From contig CAVUDP010000004.1 of NCBI GenBank assembly GCA_963740315.1, positions 128,001-192,000 on the forward strand: 64,000 nucleotides of DNA, written 5' to 3'. The notes beneath the pieces are model-generated. The model did no database searches. It was not told where the DNA came from and saw nothing but the letters and a program-made list of their open reading frames with translations. This document shows positions 27,419 to 37,017 of this stretch, in pieces (position 1 is the first letter of the stretch; each line of letters starts with the position of its first letter). The position numbers and the translations under genes were made by a program. Source of the stretch: an uncultured cyanobacterium (GTDB taxonomy: Bacteria; Cyanobacteriota; Cyanobacteriia; Cyanobacteriales; Nostocaceae).

Positions 27419-28714
27419 TTAAATTGCAGCAAAATGACTCGAATTAAGAGAAGTAGTATCGAATCCTTCTAAAGTAGCTAAAACTGTATTTCCAAATAAA
27501 ATATCGTTGCCAGAAAAAGATAAATCGCCGAATAAAAGATTATTGTAAGTAATAATTCGGTCGCTTTCTCCTAAGTTGAAGTCGGTAATTATATCTTTTG
27601 TCAAACTATTCCCATCAAGGTAAAAATAATCGGCACCCGTACCACCAGTTAAAGTGTCTGCACCCTCATCACCATTGAGAAAGTCATTTCCTTCACCACC
27701 TATTAGAATATCTTCATCTTTTCCTCCTAAAAGACCATCATTACCTATACTGCCGTATAATTGGTTTTTCCCGTCACCACCGTAGAGAAAATCATTACCC
27801 TCAAATCCGCGAATTATATCGTTTTTATCGGTGCCTTTCAAATTATCATTGCCGCTGGTACCATCAATATTATTAAAGACAGTTACGGCGACTAAACCAA
27901 CATCGATACCACCAAGGCGATCGCTCATTATATATTCAAAGCTAGCGTTACCGTTAAAGTCTTGATTGGGGGTAAAAATTATCGTATCGTCGTTGTTATC
28001 CGTGGTACCGTTGTCATTTAGAGTTACACTACCATCGATCGCGTTGTTAACAGCAGTAATAGTTATACCGTCTGAATATGTGTCGTTGACGAGTAAATTC
28101 GCGACGGGAATAGTAATAGCGGTATTTTCAGAAGTTGTAACGCTATCGTCAATTGCTACAGTAAAATTATTCGCGATCGGAGCGGTTTCAATTATCAACG
28201 TCGGCATACTTATAGAAGTTGGATCTACCAATACACCTCCAAATTCTAAAGCGCGTAATCCTATTCCGGCAAAAGATTCGCCATCCTTAACTAAGTTTTG
28301 CACAAAATCGGTAACATCAAAAGAAAGCTGTTGTCCCACGGATGGATCGGAAGTATCTTCGGTATCTAAAAGTACGCCAGCTTCCAAATCTGAAACATCG
28401 GCAATACCATTACCAGCATATCCAAACGCGCCAATGCGATCGGGATTATCGCCAAAAGGAGCGCCCAATCCGCCGACTTCTAAACCAGTAATTTTGACAT
28501 CGAATCTGGCACTGGTAATAGTTTCCCCTTCGGCAACCGAAAATTCACCGATATCAAATTCCGCAAATTCAGCCGCTTCGCCACTGCTACCAAGTATGAC
28601 GGTGAAAAAATTACCGGGAAAAACGCTATCCCCGATTCCATCAAATTCGCCATTCATACCACCGTCGATTACCTCGAAGGTTGTTTCCGGTTCAAATGAA
28701 ACACTACTTACCAT
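27419..28714 (-). CDS. Secreted-type protein with cadherin-like/Ig domain and RTX Ca-binding repeats
   Basis: VAIDDSVTT.EN...I....LL.ND, FTPNQDFNGNASFEY; GGxGxD nonapeptides; D.ITDF C-terminal signature. Confidence 0.85.
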   Translation of the reverse strand: MVSSVSFEPETTFEVIDGGMNGEFDGIGDSVFPGNFFTVILGSSGEAAEFAEFDIGEFSVAEGETITSARFDVKITGLEVGGLGAPFGDNPDRIGAFGYAGNGIADVSDLEAGVLLDTEDTSDPSVGQQLSFDVTDFVQNLVKDGESFAGIGLRALEFGGVLVDPTSISMPTLIIETAPIANNFTVAIDDSVTTSENTAITIPVANLLVNDTYSDGITITAVNNAIDGSVTLNDNGTTDNNDDTIIFTPNQDFNGNASFEYIMSDRLGGIDVGLVAVTVFNNIDGTSGNDNLKGTDKNDIIRGFEGNDFLYGGDGKNQLYGSIGNDGLLGGKDEDILIGGEGNDFLNGDEGADTLTGGTGADYFYLDGNSLTKDIITDFNLGESDRIITYNNLLFGDLSFSGNDILFGNTVLATLEGFDTTSLNSSHFAAI

Positions 28715-28852
28715 AAAACCCCAATAAAAAACCGAAAGTTTGTATAAAATTAAGCAGTTCTTATATTCAACTGCATGATTCTACCTCTAGTAGTATGAGA
28801 AAGAGTAGTTTATTTGTAAAGATGATTAATTAAATTATTCAAGAGATTACTA

Positions 28853-29548
28853 ATGAGTTTTATAAATAAATTTGATGTAATTCTCCTAGACGTAGGGCAT
28901 ACATTTATGTTTGGGGGTTATCGTTTCTTTAATACTGAAGATTTTGCAGCTACTTATCATAGTTTGGGCGGAATACTGACAGATGAATTAGTAAATCAGA
29001 TTATAATTTCAGTTTCTAGAAGAATCAAAGCTAACGGAAAAAATCCAGCATATTATGAATGTTTGCCTTCGGTGCTTAGTTATTTAGAGAAACTTCCACA
29101 AGTAAAATTATCAGCGAGCGAATTAAATTTCTTAGAGCAAGTTTTTGCAAAACATGAAGTTGGAGTGATATCTCAAAAGCATATAGAAGTTTTACATCAA
29201 TTACGAAAAACTCATCGTTTAGGTATTGTCTCAAATATCTGGTCTAAAAAAGAAATATTTTTAAATGAGTTTGATAAAGTTGGGATTCGCGATTTATTTG
29301 AGATAATTATCTTTTCCTCGGATTACGGTTGGATTAAACCTTCAACAAAGCTATTTAATAAAGCAATTGATTTTTTTGACGTAGAGCGTTCTAAAATAGT
29401 ATATATTGGCGACCATATCATGCGCGATGTTGGTGGAGCAAAAACAGCGGGATTATCAACTGTTTGGATAAATCGACGCGGTAGACAACTTAATCAAAGT
29501 ATGGCAATTCCCGATTTAATTATTAGAGATTTACAAGAATTAATCTAA
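28853..29548 (+). CDS. HAD-superfamily hydrolase
   Basis: LLDVGHT, GIVSN, KPS, YIGD...DV.GA..AG. Confidence 0.88.
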   Translation: MSFINKFDVILLDVGHTFMFGGYRFFNTEDFAATYHSLGGILTDELVNQIIISVSRRIKANGKNPAYYECLPSVLSYLEKLPQVKLSASELNFLEQVFAKHEVGVISQKHIEVLHQLRKTHRLGIVSNIWSKKEIFLNEFDKVGIRDLFEIIIFSSDYGWIKPSTKLFNKAIDFFDVERSKIVYIGDHIMRDVGGAKTAGLSTVWINRRGRQLNQSMAIPDLIIRDLQELI

Positions 29549-29635
29549 TATCTTAACTAAGACAGGGAGTAGGGAGTAGGGAGTAGGGAGTAGAAGAAGA
29601 AATTACATCAGTAAACTTAAACCGAAGAGAGTAAT

Positions 29636-30097
29636 ATGAAAGCTACATTTGGTGCGGGTTGTTTTTGGGGAGTAGAAGCTGCTTTTCGTAGATTAAAAGG
29701 GGTTGTTTCTACAACAGTTGGATATATGGGAGGACATTTTGAAAATCCCTGTTATCTTGATGTAGTTTCTAGAATTACGGGACACGCTGAAGTTACACAA
29801 GTTGAATACGATGCTTCTATTGTTAGTTACGATGAATTATTAGAAGTGTTTTGGAAAATCCACGATCCTACAAGTTTAAATCGGCAAGGACCCGATAGAG
29901 GAGAACAATATCGTTCTGTAATATTTTTTCATAATTCCGAGCAAGAAGTAATGGCGAGAAATTCAAAACAGAAATTACAGGATTCGGGGAAGTATGAAAG
30001 AGATGTTGTGACGGAGATTAAACCGGCTTCTGATTATTGGTTGGCAAGTGATGAGCATCAGCAGTATTTTGAGAAGAAGAATCGGGTTAAAGGTTAA
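29636..30097 (+). CDS. msrA: Peptide methionine sulfoxide reductase A
   Basis: GAGCFWGVE, GYMGG, TGHAEV, HDPT.LNRQG.D.GEQYRS, HQQY. Confidence 0.97.
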   Translation: MKATFGAGCFWGVEAAFRRLKGVVSTTVGYMGGHFENPCYLDVVSRITGHAEVTQVEYDASIVSYDELLEVFWKIHDPTSLNRQGPDRGEQYRSVIFFHNSEQEVMARNSKQKLQDSGKYERDVVTEIKPASDYWLASDEHQQYFEKKNRVKG

Positions 30098-30119
30098 AGG
30101 TTAAAGGTATTATGAAATA

Positions 30120-30257
30120 GTAGGGTGTGTTATGGTGCGAAAAATAATTTTGATGGTGACGAATTAATTTGTTTTCGCGTCTAACGCACCGTTTTTAATA
30201 TTAGGTTTATGGGTTAAGTTTTACGGTGCGTTACGCTGCCGCGATAACACACCCTAC
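30120..30257. repeat. GTAGGGTG-family REP cluster
   Basis: GTAGGGTGTGTTA...TAACGCACC...GGTGCGTTA...TAACACACCCTAC; relatives at about 9717-9780, 46482-46550 and 63024-63085. Confidence 0.75.
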
Positions 30258-30326
30258 AAAATAATTTAAATGATTGATTTAGAATATGATAAAAGCTTTA
30301 ATTAGCTGATTTACGTGGGAATTATT

Positions 30327-30647
30327 ATGACGACAGAAAAAAAATTAATTAAAACTCAGTTAGAAGATAGTTATGATAATGCAGAAGTATCAATAATACA
30401 ACTATTAGAAGAAATTCAAACAACGCCCAAAGAATATTGGTCTAATTTGCTGCAAATTATGCGGCTATTTCGTGAAAGCGTTACTAAAAACAGTCAATTA
30501 CCTGATACTTCCGAAGAAGAAAATCATCGACTTACACAACAGCATATTGCATTAAACGAATTAACACAGCAGTGGATAGAAGAAGGTGACGAACAAGAGC
30601 AAACTGAAACTTGGGAATATTTAAAGCAGAAACGGTACGGAAAATAG
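30327..30647 (+). CDS. Hypothetical protein (possible orphan antitoxin-like)
   Basis: Acidic about 106-aa ORF ending W.EEGDEQEQTETWEYL. Confidence 0.6.
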   Translation: MTTEKKLIKTQLEDSYDNAEVSIIQLLEEIQTTPKEYWSNLLQIMRLFRESVTKNSQLPDTSEEENHRLTQQHIALNELTQQWIEEGDEQEQTETWEYLKQKRYGK

Positions 30648-30835
30648 ATAATTGACTGTTGTATTTTGAGACGCGACGCTCCGGTTGAGAAGTCGGGTTT
30701 TTATAAAATTTGTAAGTGTATTACAGATACGTATTCTAAAAACCCGACTTCTGAGCATTAAAATTAGGGGTGCGCTATTTAAGCCGTGTGGTACTAGTCT
30801 ATAAAATCTTAATTAGGTAAACATAAATGATTGCT

Positions 30836-31096
30836 TTAATTTAAATCCGGTTCAATATTATGCTCTTTCATCCTTTGCAAAATACGTTGTTCCGCTGCTT
30901 CTAATTGTGCAATACCTTCTTTTGTTTGCTGTTTTCGCTTTCTTAAAATCTTTAAATCATGAACGAGGTATTTCCCCCTCAAATAATAATCACCCAATTC
31001 TAAAAATTCTTCATGTGTGACTTCTCTACCCGCAAATAAACTACTACCAGATTCATCTATCTTATTAACCCAAGCTTTTGCTTCTTCAGGAGTCAT
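30836..31096 (-). CDS. Hypothetical protein
   Basis: 86-aa ORF with protein-like composition and a C-terminal coiled coil. Confidence 0.55.
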   Translation of the reverse strand: MTPEEAKAWVNKIDESGSSLFAGREVTHEEFLELGDYYLRGKYLVHDLKILRKRKQQTKEGIAQLEAAEQRILQRMKEHNIEPDLN

Positions 31097-31393
31097 CTTT
31101 TAAATGTCTTAATTAAATTTCGCAAGATATTTGAATTTGTCTTGTTGATAAATTTACAATAAATATTGATAAAATTTTCTAGAGATTTATTTAAATTTCT
31201 ACAATAGGTTTGGGAGCTTTTTGGTGAATTGATAATTTGCAGCATTCTCGTTAGTCCAATAACCCACCTTGAAATGAATTTCAAGGAACCGATTACAAAG
31301 TACGTTAAAACGCACTAAAAAATTCATTCAGTCGTCTTTAGACGACTTTGCTATGGGTTCCTGGGAATTTATTCCAAGGCGGTAAGATGTACT

Positions 31394-31500
31394 TACAGCA
31401 TATTTTATGTTTGTGAGATACATTCGGACGGGCAGGGATGCCCATCCCACAAGAGTTTTGTAATATGAAGCTGTACCTAATTTATTTGCAAAGTGCTGTA
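31394..31500. mobile_element. 107-bp MITE-like element (inverted copy of 6494-6600)
   Basis: TACAGCA...TGCTGTA ends, internal GGGCAGGGATGCCCATCCCACAAG. Confidence 0.75.
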
Positions 31501-31518
31501 GTAAAAGAAATTCATCCC

Positions 31519-34155
31519 CTACAATCTCGGATCTACTGCTTCACTTTCCAATGCCAAAACCCCAAATACACACTCATGCACCCGTCGTAACGGCGCATTT
31601 GCCACAAACCTTTCCAATCCTTCCACACCCAAAGCGAACTCTCGCATCGCCAAGGAACGTTTCAAAGATAACCCCCGCTTACGCAGACACTCCAAATTTT
31701 CCTCGGTTGTATATTCCGCACCGTAGATAATCCGCAGATATTCTTTACCGCGACATTTCACTGCTGGTTGCAAAATTCCGCGTTTACCTTTAACAATAAA
31801 TTCCAGCGGTTTGACAACCATCCCCTCACCACCTTTGCTTGTCATTTCCTCCCACCAATGGGTTCCTTCTGCTTCGCTGCTGGAGTCGTTTAAATCTATA
31901 ATTTTATAATTAGTTGCCATTAATAATTCGGGATTGGCTTTTTCTAAAATCGCAGCTTGTTCCATATGCCAGGAATGATTTTTATCGATATGTACCGCGC
32001 CTTCCGTGGCTAAAATATGAAACGGCGCAAGTTTGATATCGGAAATATCTTTAACTTCCCAACAGTAGCGACGGTAAGCGTCTACATATCGATCTGCCAT
32101 TTCCTGACGCTGTTGAAATTTACTGAGTAATGAGTTAACTTCAATACCATTTTGGCTAGCTTTAATTAGTAAATCTATGGCATTACTTAAAGCCGGACGG
32201 GAAGCCGCACCGACTGCTGCATATTGGTTTCGGATCAATCCTTGAGCTTTCGCCGACCAAGGCATCAGTTCGCAATCGAGACATACCCAATCGGTATTTA
32301 ATCTTGACCAAAAATTACTGTCACAAAGAGCGCGATTTATCCGTTGTAGAAATTCCGCTTCTAATTCCGAATTATTAAAAAAGCGTCTTCCGGTGCGAGT
32401 GTAGCAGATACCGATGCCTTCGTTAACAATTCCGAATCTTCTTTTAACAGCTTCGCGATCGCGACATACAATAACTACGGCTCGCGAACCCATGTGTTTT
32501 TCTTCACAAATTACTTCAGTAATTCCTTGGTTTTTATAATAAGCAAAAGCTTCTTTCGGATGTTCCAAATATCCGGGTAATTGGGAAGTTTCCACGGGTG
32601 ACATGGTAGGGGGAAGATAAATCAACCATTTGGGATTCGCAGCAAACCGACTCATCACTTCCAAAGCTGCGATCGCGTTTTCTTCGCGGATGGTAATCTT
32701 GTTTTGCAGACGTACATTAATAACCCGTTTACCCAAGACATCATCAATATTTAAAACATCGTCTAACTGCTGCTGGGAACTCATTCCCGCACCTGTCACA
32801 TTCCCCAAAGGTTTCACGGGTTCGCAGTAAACTTTCGCTGCATCAACACTGATTAATTCTTTTTCGGGATAGCGCAAAGCAGTTAACTTTCCTCCAAATA
32901 CGCAACCCGTATCAATATCAATCGTATTATTTAACCATTCCGCTTCCGGTACCGGGGTATGTCCGTAAACCACCATCGCTTTACCGCGATATTCCGCAGC
33001 CCAATTGTAGCGCACGGGTAAGCCGAATTCATCGATTTCGCCGGTAGTTTCACCATACAGCGCAAAACTCCGCACCTTTCCCGAACCCCTTCCCTGCATT
33101 TCTTCTCGCATTCCTGCATGAGCTACTACCAAACGTCCATCATCTAGGACAAAATGACTTATCAATGAGTCGATAAATTCTTCAATTTCTTTGAGAAAAG
33201 GTTCGCGTACTTCTGGAGATAAAGCTTCTATTTCTGCAACTGTTTGCTCTAAACCGTGGTTGATCTGAACTTTTTTACCTCGGATTTTACGTAAAAGCTT
33301 GTTTTCATGATTACCGGGAACGCAAATAGCCGCACCCGCTTCAACCATGTTTTTCACAAGTTTGACGGTATCAAGAATTCGGGGACCTCTATCTACTAAA
33401 TCGCCGAGGAATAAGGCTTTTCGTCCTTGGGGGTGGGAGTAGAGAGGAGAGGGGGTAGAGGGGGTAGAGGGGGTAGAATGATTATTGTTAACTGGTAACT
33501 GTTCACTGTTAACTGATAACTGCTCACTGTTCACTGACTTTTGATAGCCTAGTTTTTGTAATAATATTTCGAGTTCGTCACAGCAACCGTGGATGTCGCC
33601 GATGATGTCAAAGGGACCGCGATCGTGTTTGCGGTTGTTCCATAATGGCTGACGTTCGATTTCTACGGCTGCGATTTCTTCGATAGAATTAAGCACGTAA
33701 ACATAACGAAAACCTTCTTTTTCTAAACCACGTAAAGAACGTCTTAAATTTTGAACGTGACGCTGAACTACGTAAGAACCAAATTGTCTATCTGGGCGTT
33801 GTTGGTTGCGTTGCTGACAGATATTTTCGGGTAAGTTTAAAACGATCGCAACGGGTAAGCAATGATATTCTCTTGCTAAGTTTACATAATATTTGCGGTC
33901 TTCTTTTTGAACGTTGGTTGCGTCAATTACCGTCAGTTTGGCTGCTGCTAAACGTTTATGAGCGATGTAGTGGAGTACGTCGAAAGCATCGCGGGAAGCG
34001 TCTAAACTATTTTCATCGTTAGAAACCAATCCGCGACAAAAATCGGAAGATATGACTTCAAAGGGTTGGAAGTGTTTTTTTGCGAAGCTTGATTTACCGG
34101 AGCCAGATGCACCGATGAGCGTTACTAATGATAGTTCGGGGATAGTTATTTTCAT
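31519..34155 (-). CDS. pnkp: Bacterial polynucleotide kinase-phosphatase-ligase (Pnkp)
   Basis: Kinase GASGSGKS/VIDATN; metallophosphoesterase GDIHG, GDLVDRG, GNHE, YGHTP, IDTGCVFGG; ligase EEKHMGSR, EGMVVKP, KCRG.EYLRIIYG, C-terminal VDPRL. Confidence 0.96.
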   Translation of the reverse strand: MKITIPELSLVTLIGASGSGKSSFAKKHFQPFEVISSDFCRGLVSNDENSLDASRDAFDVLHYIAHKRLAAAKLTVIDATNVQKEDRKYYVNLAREYHCLPVAIVLNLPENICQQRNQQRPDRQFGSYVVQRHVQNLRRSLRGLEKEGFRYVYVLNSIEEIAAVEIERQPLWNNRKHDRGPFDIIGDIHGCCDELEILLQKLGYQKSVNSEQLSVNSEQLPVNNNHSTPSTPSTPSPLYSHPQGRKALFLGDLVDRGPRILDTVKLVKNMVEAGAAICVPGNHENKLLRKIRGKKVQINHGLEQTVAEIEALSPEVREPFLKEIEEFIDSLISHFVLDDGRLVVAHAGMREEMQGRGSGKVRSFALYGETTGEIDEFGLPVRYNWAAEYRGKAMVVYGHTPVPEAEWLNNTIDIDTGCVFGGKLTALRYPEKELISVDAAKVYCEPVKPLGNVTGAGMSSQQQLDDVLNIDDVLGKRVINVRLQNKITIREENAIAALEVMSRFAANPKWLIYLPPTMSPVETSQLPGYLEHPKEAFAYYKNQGITEVICEEKHMGSRAVVIVCRDREAVKRRFGIVNEGIGICYTRTGRRFFNNSELEAEFLQRINRALCDSNFWSRLNTDWVCLDCELMPWSAKAQGLIRNQYAAVGAASRPALSNAIDLLIKASQNGIEVNSLLSKFQQRQEMADRYVDAYRRYCWEVKDISDIKLAPFHILATEGAVHIDKNHSWHMEQAAILEKANPELLMATNYKIIDLNDSSSEAEGTHWWEEMTSKGGEGMVVKPLEFIVKGKRGILQPAVKCRGKEYLRIIYGAEYTTEENLECLRKRGLSLKRSLAMREFALGVEGLERFVANAPLRRVHECVFGVLALESEAVDPRL

Positions 34156-34191
34156 AGATGTTTATATTTTGTACCAAACACGAAATTCTTG

Positions 34192-34372
34192 TAAGTAGGT
34201 GGACAAAAATATTTGTGTCATTGCTCACGAGAGGCGTTAGCGCCTAGCGGAGCGTACCGTAGGTATTGCGTCTCCCCCAGGGAGATAGCAATCGCAAGAT
34301 ACTGGGATTGCGTCGTTTCACTCCGTTCCACTCGCAATGACAAATATACAATTAATTTTATCTAAGTACTTA
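34192..34372. mobile_element. Composite MITE (TAAGT...ACTTA shell with nested GTCATTGC...GCAATGAC element)
   Basis: Same architecture at 60895-61093 and 62797-62936. Confidence 0.7.
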
Positions 34373-34518
34373 GATATCTCCGCAGTGCTACGTCTCAAAA
34401 CTTTGGAATCCCAACTTAATATTTTGAACAAGCAATAGCATTTTAGAATAATAAGAATATAATTAACCGCAGAGACGCAAAGATCGCTGAGGTAAGAATT
34501 ATAGAGAGTTTATTCCTT

Positions 34519-35610
34519 TTATTGCACTATCGAAACTAAATCCTTTGAACTTGGCAAGCCAGCAATAGATTCAGCAGTTTTAATCGCACGAATAACTGCT
34601 TGCGCCATAACCTCAGCGGCTAATGTTCCAAGCAAAGTTACGTTGGCAGTCGCTGCCGATTCGCCAGTAGATAACGCAAAGATTGTGTCTTTGTCATACA
34701 TGGTATGCACGGGATTTATTGTACGAGCTAAACCGTCATGTGCCATTTGTGCAACTTTCTGGCATTGTGCTTTATCAAGTTTCACATTTACAGCAACAAC
34801 TCCAATAGTCGTATTCGTACCGCCAAGTAAAGGCGGTAATTCTTCACCGCGTGCAATTGCTTTCATTGTTCCCAATAACTTTTTACCGTCAGGAGAGCGT
34901 ACACCTGCGATTAATTTGCCGTTAGATGGCTCAAATATATCACCAACAGCATTAACAGCAACAATTGCACCAACTGTAATTCCTCCTGGTAATTTAATTG
35001 ATGCCGTGCCAATGCCGCTTTTCATTGCACGACTCATACCAAACAATTTTCCGACAGTAGCACCCGCTCCTGCACCAACATTACCTTCTCTCACCAACTT
35101 ATCTGAAGCATTATTGCAAGCTTGATATCCTGCGATCGCATCTGGACGAATTTTGGCATCTCCAACATTTAAATCAAATAGGATTGCTGCGGGAACAATA
35201 GGCACTTTTGCTACACCTACATCGTAGCCAATACCACGCTCCTCTAAAAATTTCATCACTCCCGTAGCCGCATCAAGTCCAAAAGCACTACCACCAGAAA
35301 GTAGAATAGCGTGAACTTGTTGCACTAAATTTTTCGGATCGAGCAAATCTGTTTCCCGTGTTCCCGGAGCCGCACCACGAACATCTACACCTGCAACCGC
35401 ACCCGATCCAGTTAAGATAACTGTACAACCTGTTGGTCTACGACTGTCGGTGAAATGACCTACTTTAATACCGGAAACATCAGTAATAGAACTATTCGAG
35501 TTCGACTGAGCAGGTTTCGATTGGGCAAATGTACGAATCGGTATTGACCCCAACCCTAATGCTAAACTGCTTATCAACACTTGACGACGAGATATTCTGA
35601 AATTACTCAT
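34519..35610 (-). CDS. P1/S58 (DmpA/NylC-like) Ntn-type peptidase with Tat signal
   Basis: SRRQVL leader; ITDVSGIKVGH, DVRGAAPGTRETDLL, GGSAFGL, GAGAGATVGK, NTTIGVVA, AHDGLAR.I.P.HT..D.DTIF. Confidence 0.9.
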   Translation of the reverse strand: MSNFRISRRQVLISSLALGLGSIPIRTFAQSKPAQSNSNSSITDVSGIKVGHFTDSRRPTGCTVILTGSGAVAGVDVRGAAPGTRETDLLDPKNLVQQVHAILLSGGSAFGLDAATGVMKFLEERGIGYDVGVAKVPIVPAAILFDLNVGDAKIRPDAIAGYQACNNASDKLVREGNVGAGAGATVGKLFGMSRAMKSGIGTASIKLPGGITVGAIVAVNAVGDIFEPSNGKLIAGVRSPDGKKLLGTMKAIARGEELPPLLGGTNTTIGVVAVNVKLDKAQCQKVAQMAHDGLARTINPVHTMYDKDTIFALSTGESAATANVTLLGTLAAEVMAQAVIRAIKTAESIAGLPSSKDLVSIVQ

Positions 35611-35735
35611 GTTATTGTTATTAGAAAAATCGATCGGAATAAAAAACCTAGTTTTTCAAAAAAGCGGCGTTTCTAAATACCTTCTTGGTGCGTAACACTA
35701 AAAGTAATTATAAAATATCCAGCCAACACAAAATT

Positions 35736-36494
35736 TCAACAACCAACAAATTCCCCAATAAACTCACTATAATCATCTTTCATTGGTAAATCTAATTCCC
35801 TTCTAATCCTTCTTCTCGTTACAAAAACAGTTTCATCTTTAACGGGGTTATATCCTTCTTTTTCATATTCTTCCCAATACAAACCCATACCGCGTTTTTG
35901 CCAGGTTGGTAATTCATTAAAGTTGATTCCGTGTTGAAATAATAATTCGTTTTTATCGGCTACTGATAAACCTTCCATAATACTGGTAGCTTTACGGGCT
36001 GTTTCTCCATCTCTTCGCAAACACCAATAACTGTGAGAGTTAAGAGAGTTTCTATGTGCATCTTGCTGTCTCCAACGAAAATAATCTATTACTTGATTTA
36101 TATTTGCTAGTTGAGAAATCCGACAGTCAAAACAAGCTATATCGCTCAAAAGTAAGGTAAATTTGGCGCTGGCTTCTCCTGCTAAAACTGAGTTTATTTT
36201 GCGGGTTTTACGACTAAATGTTTCATCTTCTAAGCTAAATAGTAAAGAAATTTCATCGCTTTGGGTGTAGCCGTAAGTAATATCAAAACCGCAATTCATT
36301 AAATGTTCTACGGTATCTAACATATAGTCGCGAAAACGTTCGTCTAATGGCACTTTAAATTTATGAACGTCTTTTGTTAAACGAGTAAAACCGCGTCCAT
36401 CTAATCTCGCTACTATATAAATTCCGGGTAATACGCAATAATCGTGAGCGGTTTCAAATACCCGCATTTTACTATCTAGTTCATCAAATTTCAC
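35736..36494 (-). CDS. Thg1-like protein (tRNA-His guanylyltransferase family 3'-5' polymerase)
   Basis: ARLDGRGFTRLT, YTQSDEISL, FDCRI, YFRWRQQDAHRN, ELLFQHGINFNELPTWQKRG. Confidence 0.95.
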   Translation of the reverse strand: MKFDELDSKMRVFETAHDYCVLPGIYIVARLDGRGFTRLTKDVHKFKVPLDERFRDYMLDTVEHLMNCGFDITYGYTQSDEISLLFSLEDETFSRKTRKINSVLAGEASAKFTLLLSDIACFDCRISQLANINQVIDYFRWRQQDAHRNSLNSHSYWCLRRDGETARKATSIMEGLSVADKNELLFQHGINFNELPTWQKRGMGLYWEEYEKEGYNPVKDETVFVTRRRIRRELDLPMKDDYSEFIGEFVGC

Positions 36495-36933
36495 GGTTCC
36501 ACTCCTTAACTATAAATGAATAATCTGGACGGGTTTTTACCGAGTAAATAGCATCAAATCCTTCTGAGTAACTTGGTAATACTAGTTTTTTATAAGTTGA
36601 TAATATTCCTACGAGGGGAATTACTTTTTTACCGGAGCGTTGGCTGTTACGCTGTTTGCAATCTTCTAAATTTGAATTAAAATAATATGCTAACACCTGA
36701 AAACCTTCTGCTTTGGCTGGAATAATGTAACGTTTTCTATCTTCTACCGTTGGATTGGTGTTATCTATGACAAACTTTTGTTTCGCATCTAAACAAGCTT
36801 GAAAAATCAGCTTTTCCCGGTGACGGGTTTTGAGCATATCAAGATTAATTCTGATGTGGGTATCGAGGAAATATTCGCGGTAAAAGGTTGATTTTCCCGC
36901 ACCTTGGATACCGATAAATATGATTGCTTGCAT
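36484..36933 (-). CDS. Stand-alone P-loop (AAA_33) polynucleotide kinase-like protein
   Basis: GIQGAGKST, RINLDMLKTR, VIDNTNPT...RKRYI, C..RN..R; 11-nt overlap with the Thg1-like gene. Confidence 0.88.
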   Translation of the reverse strand: MQAIIFIGIQGAGKSTFYREYFLDTHIRINLDMLKTRHREKLIFQACLDAKQKFVIDNTNPTVEDRKRYIIPAKAEGFQVLAYYFNSNLEDCKQRNSQRSGKKVIPLVGILSTYKKLVLPSYSEGFDAIYSVKTRPDYSFIVKEWNREI

Positions 36934-37017
36934 TTGTTTGTAGTAAGCGATTTATCGCTTTCAAAGATAAAGGGCTAAAGCCCTTACTACGAACCTTTTT
37001 TTGATAATTGATAATTG

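Noticed and set aside
27966..28727. 253-aa plus-strand ORF
   Set aside because: Antisense shadow of the RTX protein with no recognisable motifs.
31093..31284. 63-aa ORF overlapping the next gene's start
   Set aside because: Asn/Lys/Ile-rich AT-biased sequence with a TTG start and no motif; not supportable.
34155..34519. Possible tRNA-like or Y-RNA-like ncRNA within the RNA-repair cluster
   Set aside because: The hairpins match dispersed MITE/SDR families seen elsewhere in the window; no cloverleaf or T-loop consensus found by eye. An Infernal/tRNAscan run would settle it.
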